From contig CAXTYC010000023.1 in NCBI GenBank assembly GCA_964248365.1, positions 11,598 through 75,597 on the forward strand: a DNA stretch of 64,000 nucleotides. The letters are read 5' to 3'. The translations under genes were made by a program, and so were the position numbers. The notes below the pieces were generated by a model that saw only the letters and a list, made by a program, of their open reading frames with translations, ran no database searches and had not been told where the DNA came from. Below are positions 49,584-59,138 of the stretch, piece after piece; the stretch's first letter is position 1; each line of letters starts with the position of its first letter. The stretch comes from an uncultured Chroococcidiopsis sp. (GTDB lineage Bacteria > Cyanobacteriota > Cyanobacteriia > Cyanobacteriales > Chroococcidiopsidaceae).

Positions 49584-50795
49584 GTGTTATCAGTAGCAAT
49601 TTTTGTATGCCTTGGCTGGATTATATCAGTTTGTCTGCATGAATTTGGTCATGCGATCGTTGCCTATTGGGGTGGTGATACTTCAGTTAAAGATAAGGGA
49701 TATCTAACATTAAATCCGCTCAAATATACTGACATTAACCTAAGCCTAACTTTGCCGCTCATTTTTGTGCTAATGGGTGGAATTCCTCTACCTGGCGCAG
49801 CAGTTTATATTAATCATAATCGCCTACGCAATCGCTGGTGGCAAAGTGCAGTATCAGCAGCAGGTCCCGTTACTAGTGCTATTGTGGCTTTATTATTAGC
49901 ACTACCCTTCAAATTAGGTTTAGCGTTGCCCAATAGTGAATCGTTGTGGATCTGGTCGGCTCTAGCATTTCTAATTTATTTAGAAATTTATGTCACTATC
50001 ATAAATTCTCTGCCAATTCCATCGCTTGATGGTTATGGCGTAATTGAGCCTTGGTTGCCTCAGAAAGTACAAACACAGCTAGGGAAATTTAGCAAATATG
50101 GAATACTTTTCCTATTTGGAATGCTTTGGTTTGTGCAGCCGATAAGTAGATTTTTGGGTGATTTATCTACTACCATTGCCTCTTTTCTTGGCGTTCCCCT
50201 GGAGATGATTGGGGCGGGTTCTAGCTTATTTCATAGAGCAGCAGGTATTCTACTGTTAACAGCCATTGGTATTATTTTTCTCATCCGCAGGATGGCGCGA
50301 AAACCGCATGAGGGTTGGTTAGAGCGAGGTCAAGGGTTTGCTAAATCAGGGCAATATGAAAAGGCAATCGCAGCCTACGACCAAGTAATTAAACACAAGC
50401 CTGACTACTATGAAGCTTGGATTAATCGCGGGATTGCATTAGATAAATTACAGCGCTATACAGAAGCATTAGAATCCTATGAGAGAGCAATAAAAATTCA
50501 GCCTGAAAATATTGATTATTGGTATTATAAAGGCTATACTTTATGTAAGATGCAATGCTATGAAGATGCGATCGCCTCTTTTGATAAAGCAATTCAATTC
50601 AATCCTAAAAATACCTTGGCTTGGTACAACAAAGCTTGCTGCTACGCAGAACAAAATAAAGTAGATTTAGCAATTGAAAGCCTGAAAGAAGCAATCAATC
50701 TTGACTTGCATAAAGTTAAGAAATTGGCAAAAACTGACCCTAGTTTTGATTTAATTCGGGATAATCCGTTGTTTAAGCAGTTGATTGATGAATAG
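49584..50795 (+). CDS. Site-2 protease (M50) fused to TPR repeats
   Basis: CLHEFGH, SAAGP, NSLPIPSLDG; C-terminal TPRs (AWINRGIAL, AWYNKACCYA). Confidence 0.9.
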   Translation: MLSVAIFVCLGWIISVCLHEFGHAIVAYWGGDTSVKDKGYLTLNPLKYTDINLSLTLPLIFVLMGGIPLPGAAVYINHNRLRNRWWQSAVSAAGPVTSAIVALLLALPFKLGLALPNSESLWIWSALAFLIYLEIYVTIINSLPIPSLDGYGVIEPWLPQKVQTQLGKFSKYGILFLFGMLWFVQPISRFLGDLSTTIASFLGVPLEMIGAGSSLFHRAAGILLLTAIGIIFLIRRMARKPHEGWLERGQGFAKSGQYEKAIAAYDQVIKHKPDYYEAWINRGIALDKLQRYTEALESYERAIKIQPENIDYWYYKGYTLCKMQCYEDAIASFDKAIQFNPKNTLAWYNKACCYAEQNKVDLAIESLKEAINLDLHKVKKLAKTDPSFDLIRDNPLFKQLIDE

Positions 50796-50891
50796 GTAAT
50801 ACAATACTTTCGTAATAATCTTTTACAAACATTATCATAGATTGACAGTTAGGACATTGCATCATTCTTCTATTGTGCAACGCCCCTGATT

Positions 50892-51443
50892 TTATAATTG
50901 TTGCACTCGCAACCGTCGAAATCCTTCTTTGATCGCTGCCACAATTAAAACCCCGATTGCGATCGTCAGTACATCGTGGATTGTTGGCTTAAAACCTCCT
51001 AATGAAACTAAAAGCGTAGTGGCTGCTGCTGGTGGATGAGAGGCATTGAGCAATATTCCAAACAACATATTTAGCGTTACTGCCAAAACCGCCGCAGCCA
51101 CGCGAACTCCAGTTATTTCCCCCGTTGCAAGTACGCCAGGAGCGCTGTTTGCCCCAAATACAAAGACTGCCAGAAATCCCGTGCATACTCCGATGAAATG
51201 TCCTATAACCGTGTTGTAGAACCTCGAAAATGGTACATCGGGTTGTTCTGCTTGCAAAAACGCAGTTGGTCCCAAACTTGGAAAAATCCAAGGCTGGTGG
51301 GCAACAAGTCCTAGAGATCCAACTAGCAGCATGAGTCGGCCTGAAACAAGGGGAACCCAAATCCAGTCGGGAATTGGGCGCTTAGGGTTGACATGGCGTG
51401 AGGCAGGTTGGGAAGATCTGCGGATCATCGATTTAGGCGGCAA
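50892..51443 (-). CDS. HPP-family membrane protein
   Basis: FPSLGPTAFL, NTVIGH, ASHPPAAAT. Confidence 0.88.
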   Translation of the reverse strand: MPPKSMIRRSSQPASRHVNPKRPIPDWIWVPLVSGRLMLLVGSLGLVAHQPWIFPSLGPTAFLQAEQPDVPFSRFYNTVIGHFIGVCTGFLAVFVFGANSAPGVLATGEITGVRVAAAVLAVTLNMLFGILLNASHPPAAATTLLVSLGGFKPTIHDVLTIAIGVLIVAAIKEGFRRLRVQQL

Positions 51444-51891
51444 CGACTAAGGTTTGCGGAGCGGCTTGCCGAATTCGGTGGAGTAACCAAGTGAGTTGGC
51501 GTTTGGTATGTTCGCTGCATTGGCTACAGACATATTCTAGGTCACGATCGCGCAAGGCTTTTGATGCTTGATCTAAAACGATCCAACAGAGCTGGACTTC
51601 GTTAGCAACTAGCCACAGATCTTGGAGATCTCGCATCAAGGCTAAACTTCCCGATCGCGGTTCGTCGAATCGAATTTGGATCAGGCGTTCGGGTTCTTCG
51701 CTTTTGTTTTTAGAGTAGCGATCGACAAGGGGTTTGAGTTTCTCCACATCAAGACGCGACCATGACGCTAGCAGTTGACAAGTTTCCTCAACATCAGGTT
51801 CATCCCCGTGATGATTTGCCACCTTAATCAACGCATCTGCAAGCTGCTGTTGGGTGGTCTGAGCTAGTTGTAGATAGTTGCCGACGTGCAT
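51433..51891 (-). CDS. Ferritin-like four-helix-bundle hypothetical protein
   Basis: Probable start MHVGNYL at 51891 (GGAG upstream, abutting the upstream stop); HHGDEPD, LMRDLQDLWL, EHTKRQLTWL. Confidence 0.65.
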   Translation of the reverse strand: MHVGNYLQLAQTTQQQLADALIKVANHHGDEPDVEETCQLLASWSRLDVEKLKPLVDRYSKNKSEEPERLIQIRFDEPRSGSLALMRDLQDLWLVANEVQLCWIVLDQASKALRDRDLEYVCSQCSEHTKRQLTWLLHRIRQAAPQTLVVAA

Positions 51892-51893
51892 AA

Positions 51894-54197
51894 TTATTTC
51901 TCCACTTTGCGTATGCGAACCGCAGCATATTTGAAGTGCGGTTGTTTGCTCACAGGGTCCCATTGAGTAACTGTTAGCTCATTCGCAGCACGAGTGCGAC
52001 CTGGATCGTCCCAGTAGCCGTAGTGAAAGGGGATAAAGAGTGTACCTTGAATGATATCTCCCACACGGGCGGGTTCGATTACTTTACCGCGTCGCGATTC
52101 TACTTCGACTAGATCGCCGTCGGCAATGCCATATTTAGCCGCATCTTCCTTAGAAATTTGCACAAAGGCATCTGGTGCCGCTTCATAAAGCGCTTGCGAT
52201 CGCCCTGTTTTGGTGCGCGTGTGAAAGTGATATACTAGTCGTCCAGTGGTGAGCCAGAACGGATAGTCGTCATCCGGTTGTTCGTGGGGAGGAATATAGT
52301 CAGCCGCTTTAATAATCGCTCGACCGTTTGGATCGTTGGCACGATATTCTTCAGCAGAAATGCTTGCACCCGTGTCGAGATCTTGTCCGTAAGTTTCGCA
52401 ATAATCGGCAGCAGTGGCAAAGATGCCATCGGTGTAGAGATTGTTCGTTCCGTTGGGAAATTTCTCGTTACAGGGCCACTGAATGCCAGATCCTTCAGAC
52501 AGCTTAGCATAACTCAACCCAGTGTAGTCGCAGGGACGACCGCGCGTACATTCTTTCCAGCCTTCAAAGGCTTCTTCTGGCGTATTCCATTTTATTAACG
52601 GTGCCCCATCTTTATCGCGGAAATCCATGCGGCGGGAATAGTCGAGAAAAATTTCAAAGTCCGATCGCGCTTCCCCAGGCGGATCGACGGCTTTATGGGA
52701 AATATGGACGGTGCGCCCTGCATTAGTGAAGCAGCCTGTTTTCTCACCCCAAATTGCCGCAGGTAGTACCACATCGGCTAACGCCGTAGTTTCCGTTGGA
52801 AAGGCATCTTGAACGATGACAAACAGATCCTCTTTGGCTAAAATCTTGCGAATGTGATTCAGATCGGGCATAGAAACGGCTGGATTGGTAGCGCTAATCC
52901 ATAGCAGCTTAATCGAACCTTGCTCGCAGTAGCGAAAAATTTGCATGGCGTGAGTGGGCGCACTCCAATGGGGAATGATATCCACATAGACATTCCAAAG
53001 CCGCGCTAGTTCTGCCACATGATTCGGGTTTGCCCAGTTGCGAAACCCTGATAAATCGCCGTCCGCCCCAGTTTCTCTCGTATTCTGTGCCGTAGGCTGT
53101 CCGTTCATTTGCAGAATGCCACAACCATCACGACCAATCATACCGCGAATTAGATGCAAATTATTGACTTGAACTGCTGCTGCCGTTGCTTGCATCGATT
53201 GATAAACGCCTTGCAAAACGGTAGAAACGAGCGTTTTCGCTCCTCCTAAAATTTCAGCTGCGGCACGAAGGCGATCGGCTGGAACTTTGGCAACTTGTTC
53301 GACTCGTTCGGGTGTCCACTGGGAAACAACTTCTTTGAGTTTCTCAAACCCCACCGTATGCGCTTTGATGAAGCCGAGATCGATCTGTCCCGCTTGAATA
53401 ATTAGATTCAGTAATCCATTCATGACGGGAACATTCGTGCCAACCTGTGGCGCAAGATGGACATCAGCTTCTTGGGCGGTGAAGGTACGGCGCGGGTCAA
53501 TTACAACTAGTTTGGGCGGATTCGGACTGCGACGGCGATCTAAAATTCGCATCCATAACACAGTTTGCTGTGAGGCGATGTTGTGTCCAATGTGCAGAAT
53601 GGCATCTGTAGTATCGAGATCGTGATAGCCGCCTACTTGTCCATCTGCACCGAACGATTCTTTCATAGCTGCGCCTGCGGTTGCGGTACACAGCCGAGTG
53701 TTACCGTCCATGTGCGGCGTACCCAATCCCGCTTTACCGATAATGGCTAATGTGTAGTACTCTTCGATGAATAATTGCCCACTGGTGTAGAATCCGATCG
53801 CCCCGCTGGTATGTTCTTCGATGATAGAGCGCGATCGCTGCACAATTAGATCCATCGCTTCATCCCAGCTTGCAGGCTCAAGCTTGCCGTTACGCCGAAT
53901 TAGGGGACGAGTCAGGCGATCGGGACTATTATTCGCTTCCCATCCATGCAAGCCTTTGGGACCTAGCCGCCCCCGATTGGCAATATCCACCTCTCGCCCC
54001 CGCACGCCCACGATCCGCCCGTTCTTAACGCCGATATCCATGCCACAGCCGTTAGAACACAGAACACAAGCTGACTGCACCCAGCGATCTGGTTCTTCCG
54101 ACACGCGCTCATCGACTCGAACTGACCATTCATCATCTACGAAGGGATGCCTTTCTCCCCAAATATCTGCAATGCTATTGCGAGTTTGGCTTACCAT
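51894..54197 (-). CDS. Molybdopterin (bis-MGD) oxidoreductase, assimilatory nitrate-reductase-like
   Basis: CVLCSNGC, NTRLCTATA, GQPTAQN, VVLPAAIWGEKTG, LTTGRLVYHFHTRTKT, DPVSKQPHFK. Confidence 0.88.
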   Translation of the reverse strand: MVSQTRNSIADIWGERHPFVDDEWSVRVDERVSEEPDRWVQSACVLCSNGCGMDIGVKNGRIVGVRGREVDIANRGRLGPKGLHGWEANNSPDRLTRPLIRRNGKLEPASWDEAMDLIVQRSRSIIEEHTSGAIGFYTSGQLFIEEYYTLAIIGKAGLGTPHMDGNTRLCTATAGAAMKESFGADGQVGGYHDLDTTDAILHIGHNIASQQTVLWMRILDRRRSPNPPKLVVIDPRRTFTAQEADVHLAPQVGTNVPVMNGLLNLIIQAGQIDLGFIKAHTVGFEKLKEVVSQWTPERVEQVAKVPADRLRAAAEILGGAKTLVSTVLQGVYQSMQATAAAVQVNNLHLIRGMIGRDGCGILQMNGQPTAQNTRETGADGDLSGFRNWANPNHVAELARLWNVYVDIIPHWSAPTHAMQIFRYCEQGSIKLLWISATNPAVSMPDLNHIRKILAKEDLFVIVQDAFPTETTALADVVLPAAIWGEKTGCFTNAGRTVHISHKAVDPPGEARSDFEIFLDYSRRMDFRDKDGAPLIKWNTPEEAFEGWKECTRGRPCDYTGLSYAKLSEGSGIQWPCNEKFPNGTNNLYTDGIFATAADYCETYGQDLDTGASISAEEYRANDPNGRAIIKAADYIPPHEQPDDDYPFWLTTGRLVYHFHTRTKTGRSQALYEAAPDAFVQISKEDAAKYGIADGDLVEVESRRGKVIEPARVGDIIQGTLFIPFHYGYWDDPGRTRAANELTVTQWDPVSKQPHFKYAAVRIRKVEK

Positions 54198-54665
54198 GCT
54201 GAGTCCCCGCTATTAATTTTGAACTTGAAACGATTTTTGTGAAAAGCATCGTCCTTCACTACGACTTTGAGCGTCAGGCTCTTTATCATTTACAGCTATG
54301 CAACCAATTGGGCGGGAGCTAGAGCATCCCTCAACAGAGATATTCCATGTAAATTTTTTATGTATTAGAAATCGCCTAAAATTAAGTCCAGTCAAAAAGG
54401 AGACTTTAATTAAGTCCAGCCAAAAAGGAGATTTTGCTAGCAGTGGTTGAATCAGTTAATGACCATTGGAAAACTCTCTGTCAAATTGAACACAAGATAC
54501 ACCGCAGTGTCTTCAATTTTTTGTCAATTTGATCGCGCCTAAGCGGATTATACCTACCTGCCTCAAAAACTATCTCTTGATATTTACCCCAAAGACTTAC
54601 CCGCTCTACCTCCTGCTATTTGTTAGTAGGGTCGAACGAGCGTTAAAATAATGAAAGCGATTAGC

Positions 54666-54911
54666 TTAAGCTCTTTCCATTAGAAAGCTTTCAAACTCTT
54701 TAAAGTCTTCATGGCTATGAAATGGAATCTGAAGATCCAACAGATGGCGAGGGTCTTTCTTTTTAATCCCTAATATTTCAACGCCTACTACGTCGCCAAG
54801 CTCATTGAAATCGAATATAACACCAGGCGTAACTTCTTCAGACTCAATAATTTTTGACTCATTTATTAGCAGATAAGCTGCATCAACTTCTGGATCAAAA
54901 TCTATCTTCAT
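54666..54911 (-). CDS. DUF2283-family protein (putative antitoxin)
   Basis: MKIDFDPEVDAAYL...SEEVTPGVIFDFNELGDVVGVEIL. Confidence 0.85.
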   Translation of the reverse strand: MKIDFDPEVDAAYLLINESKIIESEEVTPGVIFDFNELGDVVGVEILGIKKKDPRHLLDLQIPFHSHEDFKEFESFLMERA

Positions 54912-55171
54912 ATTCTGCCGCGAAAAGCGCGCTCAAAGTAAACAGTAACAATTCGCCAGGGTTCTGTTGTTTCATTATAGACAACGCACAATACTCGACC
55001 ACCCACCTCACCAATATAGCCCCAAGCTTTGTATAACTGTGGATCTTCTGCATCAGGCTCTTCGTGTTCTGGATTCTCTAAAACACGTATTATCCAGTTT
55101 AAAGAAATCCCACGTTGAATAATTCTTTTTCGCACGTGTTCAGTCAGTACATAGGGAAAATCACTTTGCAT
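54908..55171 (-). CDS. DUF4258-family protein (putative RelE/BrnT-like toxin)
   Basis: LTEHVRKRIIQRGI...GRVLCVVYN...IVTVYF; 4-nt overlap with the DUF2283 gene. Confidence 0.8.
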   Translation of the reverse strand: MQSDFPYVLTEHVRKRIIQRGISLNWIIRVLENPEHEEPDAEDPQLYKAWGYIGEVGGRVLCVVYNETTEPWRIVTVYFERAFRGRI

Positions 55172-55244
55172 TTAAGACAGCTTAGCAGAAGCGATGATAT
55201 TGTTGTGACAATACACAAAGCTCTAAAATCTTGAAACAAATGTC

Positions 55245-56369
55245 TCAGCAACGCTGATAACGCATTCCTGGTAATTGAGATACTAACCCCATTAATTCCA
55301 ACTGTAATAAGGCACTAGAAACCGTTCCAGTTGAATAACCAGAGGATTGCACAATTAGATCAAACGGCATAGATTCACTTGCGATCGCATTCAACACCTG
55401 CTGAAGTTCTGGCGACAAATTCGGTAAAGGTAGTTGCTCAAATGATTGAGACTCCACAGAATCTAATTGTGGCATTGCTCCCAACATTTCCAGCAAATGC
55501 CCTTCACTTAGAATAATCGATGCTCCTTTACTCAGTAATCCTAAACAACCGAGCGAAAGCGAGTTATCCAACGAACCTGGTAACACATATACATCTCGAT
55601 TAAACTCATTAGCAAACCGTGCTGTAATTAAAGCACCTGATTTTGTGGGAGCTTCCATCACCAAGACAGCACGACTAATTCCGGCAATAATTCGGTTGCG
55701 GCGGGGAAAATGAGAACGATCTGGGGGGGTTTTTGCCGGAAACTCACTCAAAACTAAGCCCCCAGTCAAAATTTGCTTGTAAAGATCTCGGTTACGTGGG
55801 GGATAAACTACATCTACACCAGTACCTAAAACAGCGATCGTCCTACCACCTGCTTCTAAACAAGCTTGATGAGCTTCGGTATCAATTCCTTCTGCTAAAC
55901 CAGAAACAATCGTAAAACCATTTCGAGCCAATGCCGCGCTAATTTTACGAGTCCACCGCCTGCCATAATCTGAAGGGCGGCGAGTACCAACAATACCAAC
56001 TAGTGGTTTAATCCCTTGATTTTCTTCGAGTTGCACTTCACCGCGATAGTACAAAACTGGGGGTGGACTAGCAGTTTCTAGCAGCAAACGCGGGTATTCA
56101 ATACTATCTGCTGGTGTCCAGAAACAGGGGTTTTCTTGTACGTGAGCGATTAGGAGTTGTTCGGGATGAAGACGCGATCGCTCTTTTACTATCAATCCAA
56201 TTGTTTGAAAACCAAACCCCTCCACCTCTAACAAAGCTTCCGAACTTGCTTGCCAAGCTGCTGCGAGTGTACCAAAATGTTCTTGCAGCCGCCTGAGCAA
56301 AACTGGACCAATACCATTAATTTGCGACCAAGCCAGCCAAAAAGCCCTTTCTTCTACCAATTCCTGCAT
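55245..56369 (-). CDS. dprA: DNA-processing protein DprA
   Basis: IVGTRRPSDYG, VSGLAEGIDTEAH, FPRRNRIIAG, SGALITA. Confidence 0.96.
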   Translation of the reverse strand: MQELVEERAFWLAWSQINGIGPVLLRRLQEHFGTLAAAWQASSEALLEVEGFGFQTIGLIVKERSRLHPEQLLIAHVQENPCFWTPADSIEYPRLLLETASPPPVLYYRGEVQLEENQGIKPLVGIVGTRRPSDYGRRWTRKISAALARNGFTIVSGLAEGIDTEAHQACLEAGGRTIAVLGTGVDVVYPPRNRDLYKQILTGGLVLSEFPAKTPPDRSHFPRRNRIIAGISRAVLVMEAPTKSGALITARFANEFNRDVYVLPGSLDNSLSLGCLGLLSKGASIILSEGHLLEMLGAMPQLDSVESQSFEQLPLPNLSPELQQVLNAIASESMPFDLIVQSSGYSTGTVSSALLQLELMGLVSQLPGMRYQRC

Positions 56370-56407
56370 TTATAATTCGTAATTCTTAATTTTCCCCTTG
56401 TCTTTTC

Positions 56408-56438
56408 CCTAGCCCCTAGCCCCTAGCCCCTAGCCCCT
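56408..56438. repeat. STRR heptamer array
   Basis: (TAGCCCC)x4; a similar degenerate run occurs at about 35405-35432. Confidence 0.9.
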
Positions 56439-56441
56439 AAT

Positions 56442-57128
56442 TCACGCTTTCCAACTTACAAAACGGGCATACAAATAAGCGATGAATTCATCAAGAACTG
56501 AACGCACACCTGCGCTAGACTTCCACCAGGATTTTGGATCGTAATCTAGTGTTTTCGATGCGATCCCACCTACTTTAACGTGGGGCGCAAGTGCTTTTTT
56601 GAAAAGTAACCAGCTTCTACGGGTATGGACATCATAGCTATATAAATTAATTGATTCTAGCTTTATATTTGTCTTCGATAACCATTCCCGAACAGCAACA
56701 GCACCTGCATATGTCCGATCCTTAACTTTTGCAGGTGCAGCAACAGCTATTACCTTTTCTGGTGACAAACCAAGTTTCTTCAATCTAGCTGCCGCCAGGA
56801 GGGCAAAGTTCTTATATTCAACTAAATAAGACCCTGTTTCTAAGGGGATTCCTGTTGTAATTATTAGACGATAAGCACCACTTTCAAATTCATTGACTGC
56901 CTCTTTGAGCGCATAGTCTGGTATCCATCCTTCTACTACCAATATATCGGCATTAATTGGAGATGTTACAGCAAGAAATGGCTGTACATTAGTTATCCCA
57001 AAAATCAACAAAATGGCACTAACTAGAATAGTAACTATCCAGCCTTGAATCGTCAGCATCCAAATTTCTTGACGCTGAATTAAATGGAATTTTGGTTTTT
57101 TTCGTTTTTGACGTTTTTTAGCAATCAT
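56442..57128 (-). CDS. YdcF/DUF218 (ElyC/SanA-like) protein
   Basis: LVVEGWIPD, DRTY, HTRRSWLLF, WWKSSAG..SVLDEFI. Confidence 0.75.
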   Translation of the reverse strand: MIAKKRQKRKKPKFHLIQRQEIWMLTIQGWIVTILVSAILLIFGITNVQPFLAVTSPINADILVVEGWIPDYALKEAVNEFESGAYRLIITTGIPLETGSYLVEYKNFALLAAARLKKLGLSPEKVIAVAAPAKVKDRTYAGAVAVREWLSKTNIKLESINLYSYDVHTRRSWLLFKKALAPHVKVGGIASKTLDYDPKSWWKSSAGVRSVLDEFIAYLYARFVSWKA

Positions 57129-57136
57129 GTATCCTA

Positions 57137-57793
57137 TTAAGCTTTTGCTGTTCTTTGCTCTTTAAGATAAGCAAAAACAGACTTATCGCCAATATCGGGG
57201 GGAATTGGTTGTACTGCCTTACGTATGGCAAACACAACAAATAAAATAGCCCAAATACCCAGCAATACCTGTTCTCCCTGAACAGGTAAGTCACCTATTA
57301 AATGTCCTAGTAGTAGAATTGGTACTAGAGGCGTGAGAATTTTCGTTTCTAACCGATTAAAGCAAAATGCCTCTTTGAAATAAATTCCTGTCAATGCTGC
57401 AAAGATGAAGCCAACGCCAAATAAGGCTGTAGGGTGATTGTATACAGCAATAGCCAAAGGTTCACTACTAGAAAGGGCGATCATTGCTGCACAAGCCGTA
57501 CCAATTGCCCAAAAAATCTGCAATGCCCGATGCAAGACGGCTAAGTAAATATGAATCGTAAACAAGCTAACACCCAACCCCAAACAGAAACAAGCAAATA
57601 ACTCAGTCAGTACTGGCAAAATATTGGGGTTACTGTTCGTTAGCACTAGAGTGCTACCAATGGCAAAACTAAGCGCAGCTACCATCAAGCCAGCACGGTA
57701 GACTATTACACCTTTGCGATCGCTCTGGGTAATCGTAAATTCCCCAAATTGACCTTGATAAACGGTTGGTTCAGATACTATTTGCTGAGTCAT
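57137..57793 (-). CDS. DUF2301-family membrane protein
   Basis: YQGQFGEFTIT, IHIYLAVLH, FKEAFCF, DIGDKSVF. Confidence 0.85.
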   Translation of the reverse strand: MTQQIVSEPTVYQGQFGEFTITQSDRKGVIVYRAGLMVAALSFAIGSTLVLTNSNPNILPVLTELFACFCLGLGVSLFTIHIYLAVLHRALQIFWAIGTACAAMIALSSSEPLAIAVYNHPTALFGVGFIFAALTGIYFKEAFCFNRLETKILTPLVPILLLGHLIGDLPVQGEQVLLGIWAILFVVFAIRKAVQPIPPDIGDKSVFAYLKEQRTAKA

Positions 57794-58018
57794 ATAAAAA
57801 AAGAGGCAAGTGGCGAGAAAAGGATGAAGGATGAAGTGTAAAGTATGAATTTCAGCCTTTACCCTACTCCCTTATATTTCTAACTTTAGCCTGATAGCAA
57901 CGTGGAAAAGTGGGGGATGAATTGCAATTATATACCTTTACACTGCCATGTACTTGTAATAACTTCTTCTTATCACCTTTGCGCCTTTGCGTCGAGGCGT
58001 GACACTTCAAAACTATCC

Positions 58019-59131
58019 CTACCGGAATGCAACTAAACCAATAATTCCCCCACCCAGCACCAGCCACACTGAATTTACACCAAAGCGGATTAGCAAAATG
58101 GTACTGACGATAACTAAGGTAACTGTTATCGGGTCAACTATTGCAGCAATCCCAAGTTGCCAAGTAACAACAGCCATCAGCGCCAAAGAAGCCACATTAA
58201 GACCATCGAGAAAAGCACCAGCTATAGTCGATCTACGCAGAAACGGCACTAGGGGACTACTCAGCGCCACAAATAGGAAAGCAGGTAGGAAGATACCCAA
58301 AGTAGAAATAACTGCGCCTAAAGGTCCAGCTAGTATGTACCCGATGAAGGTAGCGGTTGTGAAGACAGGACCTGGTGTAACTTGACCAATAGCGATCGCA
58401 TCCAAAAGTTGAGCATCACTCAACCAATGCCAGCGTTCCACTAAATCCGCGCGTAAGAATGCCAAAAGTACATAACCGCTACCGAAAAGAACTGAACCCA
58501 CCTTGAGGAAAAACAGAAACAACTGGGACAAACTAAAGCTGACTGGTGCTGTTTTGACGAGTGTCATTAGTATCGGTGTTGCTGCTAACAATGCTGTCGG
58601 TGGTTGTCGATGCGTCAGCCGTTGACTCATAGCGACGATAACACCACCACCAAACAAAACGACTAACTCATTCACACCAAGAAAACTCAAAACTATTGCA
58701 ATTAAGCCGATTAGTGCCAAAAACTTCGTTTTGACAGCACTACGAGCAAGCCGGATCAATGCTTGCAAAACTACGGCAATGACAACAGGTTTAACTCCAT
58801 ATAGTAATTGGGTAGCTACGGGTAAAGTACCAAAGCTGACATAAGCCCAAGCGATCGCCCCTACAATCAAAGCTGCTGGCAAAATGAAGCAGCTACCTGC
58901 AACAAGTAACCCCAAAAAACCAGCTTGGACATAGCCGATATGAATCGCCATTTCGGTCGAGTTGGGACCTGGTAGAAAGTTAGTCATTCCCAGCAAATCC
59001 ATAAACCTCTCGCGTTCCAGCCAGCTTTTGCGTCTGACTACTTCATCCTCCATCATGGCAATATGAGCAGCAGGACCCCCAAAGGCAATCGTGCCAAGCT
59101 TTAAAAACAGTAGTGCTAGCTCCTTTATCAA
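58019..59131 (-). CDS. chrA: Chromate transporter (long-chain CHR)
   Basis: AFGGPAAHIAMM, LPGPNSTE, FGSGYVL, GQVTPGP. Confidence 0.95.
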   Translation of the reverse strand: MIKELALLFLKLGTIAFGGPAAHIAMMEDEVVRRKSWLERERFMDLLGMTNFLPGPNSTEMAIHIGYVQAGFLGLLVAGSCFILPAALIVGAIAWAYVSFGTLPVATQLLYGVKPVVIAVVLQALIRLARSAVKTKFLALIGLIAIVLSFLGVNELVVLFGGGVIVAMSQRLTHRQPPTALLAATPILMTLVKTAPVSFSLSQLFLFFLKVGSVLFGSGYVLLAFLRADLVERWHWLSDAQLLDAIAIGQVTPGPVFTTATFIGYILAGPLGAVISTLGIFLPAFLFVALSSPLVPFLRRSTIAGAFLDGLNVASLALMAVVTWQLGIAAIVDPITVTLVIVSTILLIRFGVNSVWLVLGGGIIGLVAFR

Positions 59132-59138
59132 TTATCAA

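Noticed and set aside
54380-54435. CRISPR array
   Set aside because: Only two units, directly adjacent with no spacer; no cas genes.
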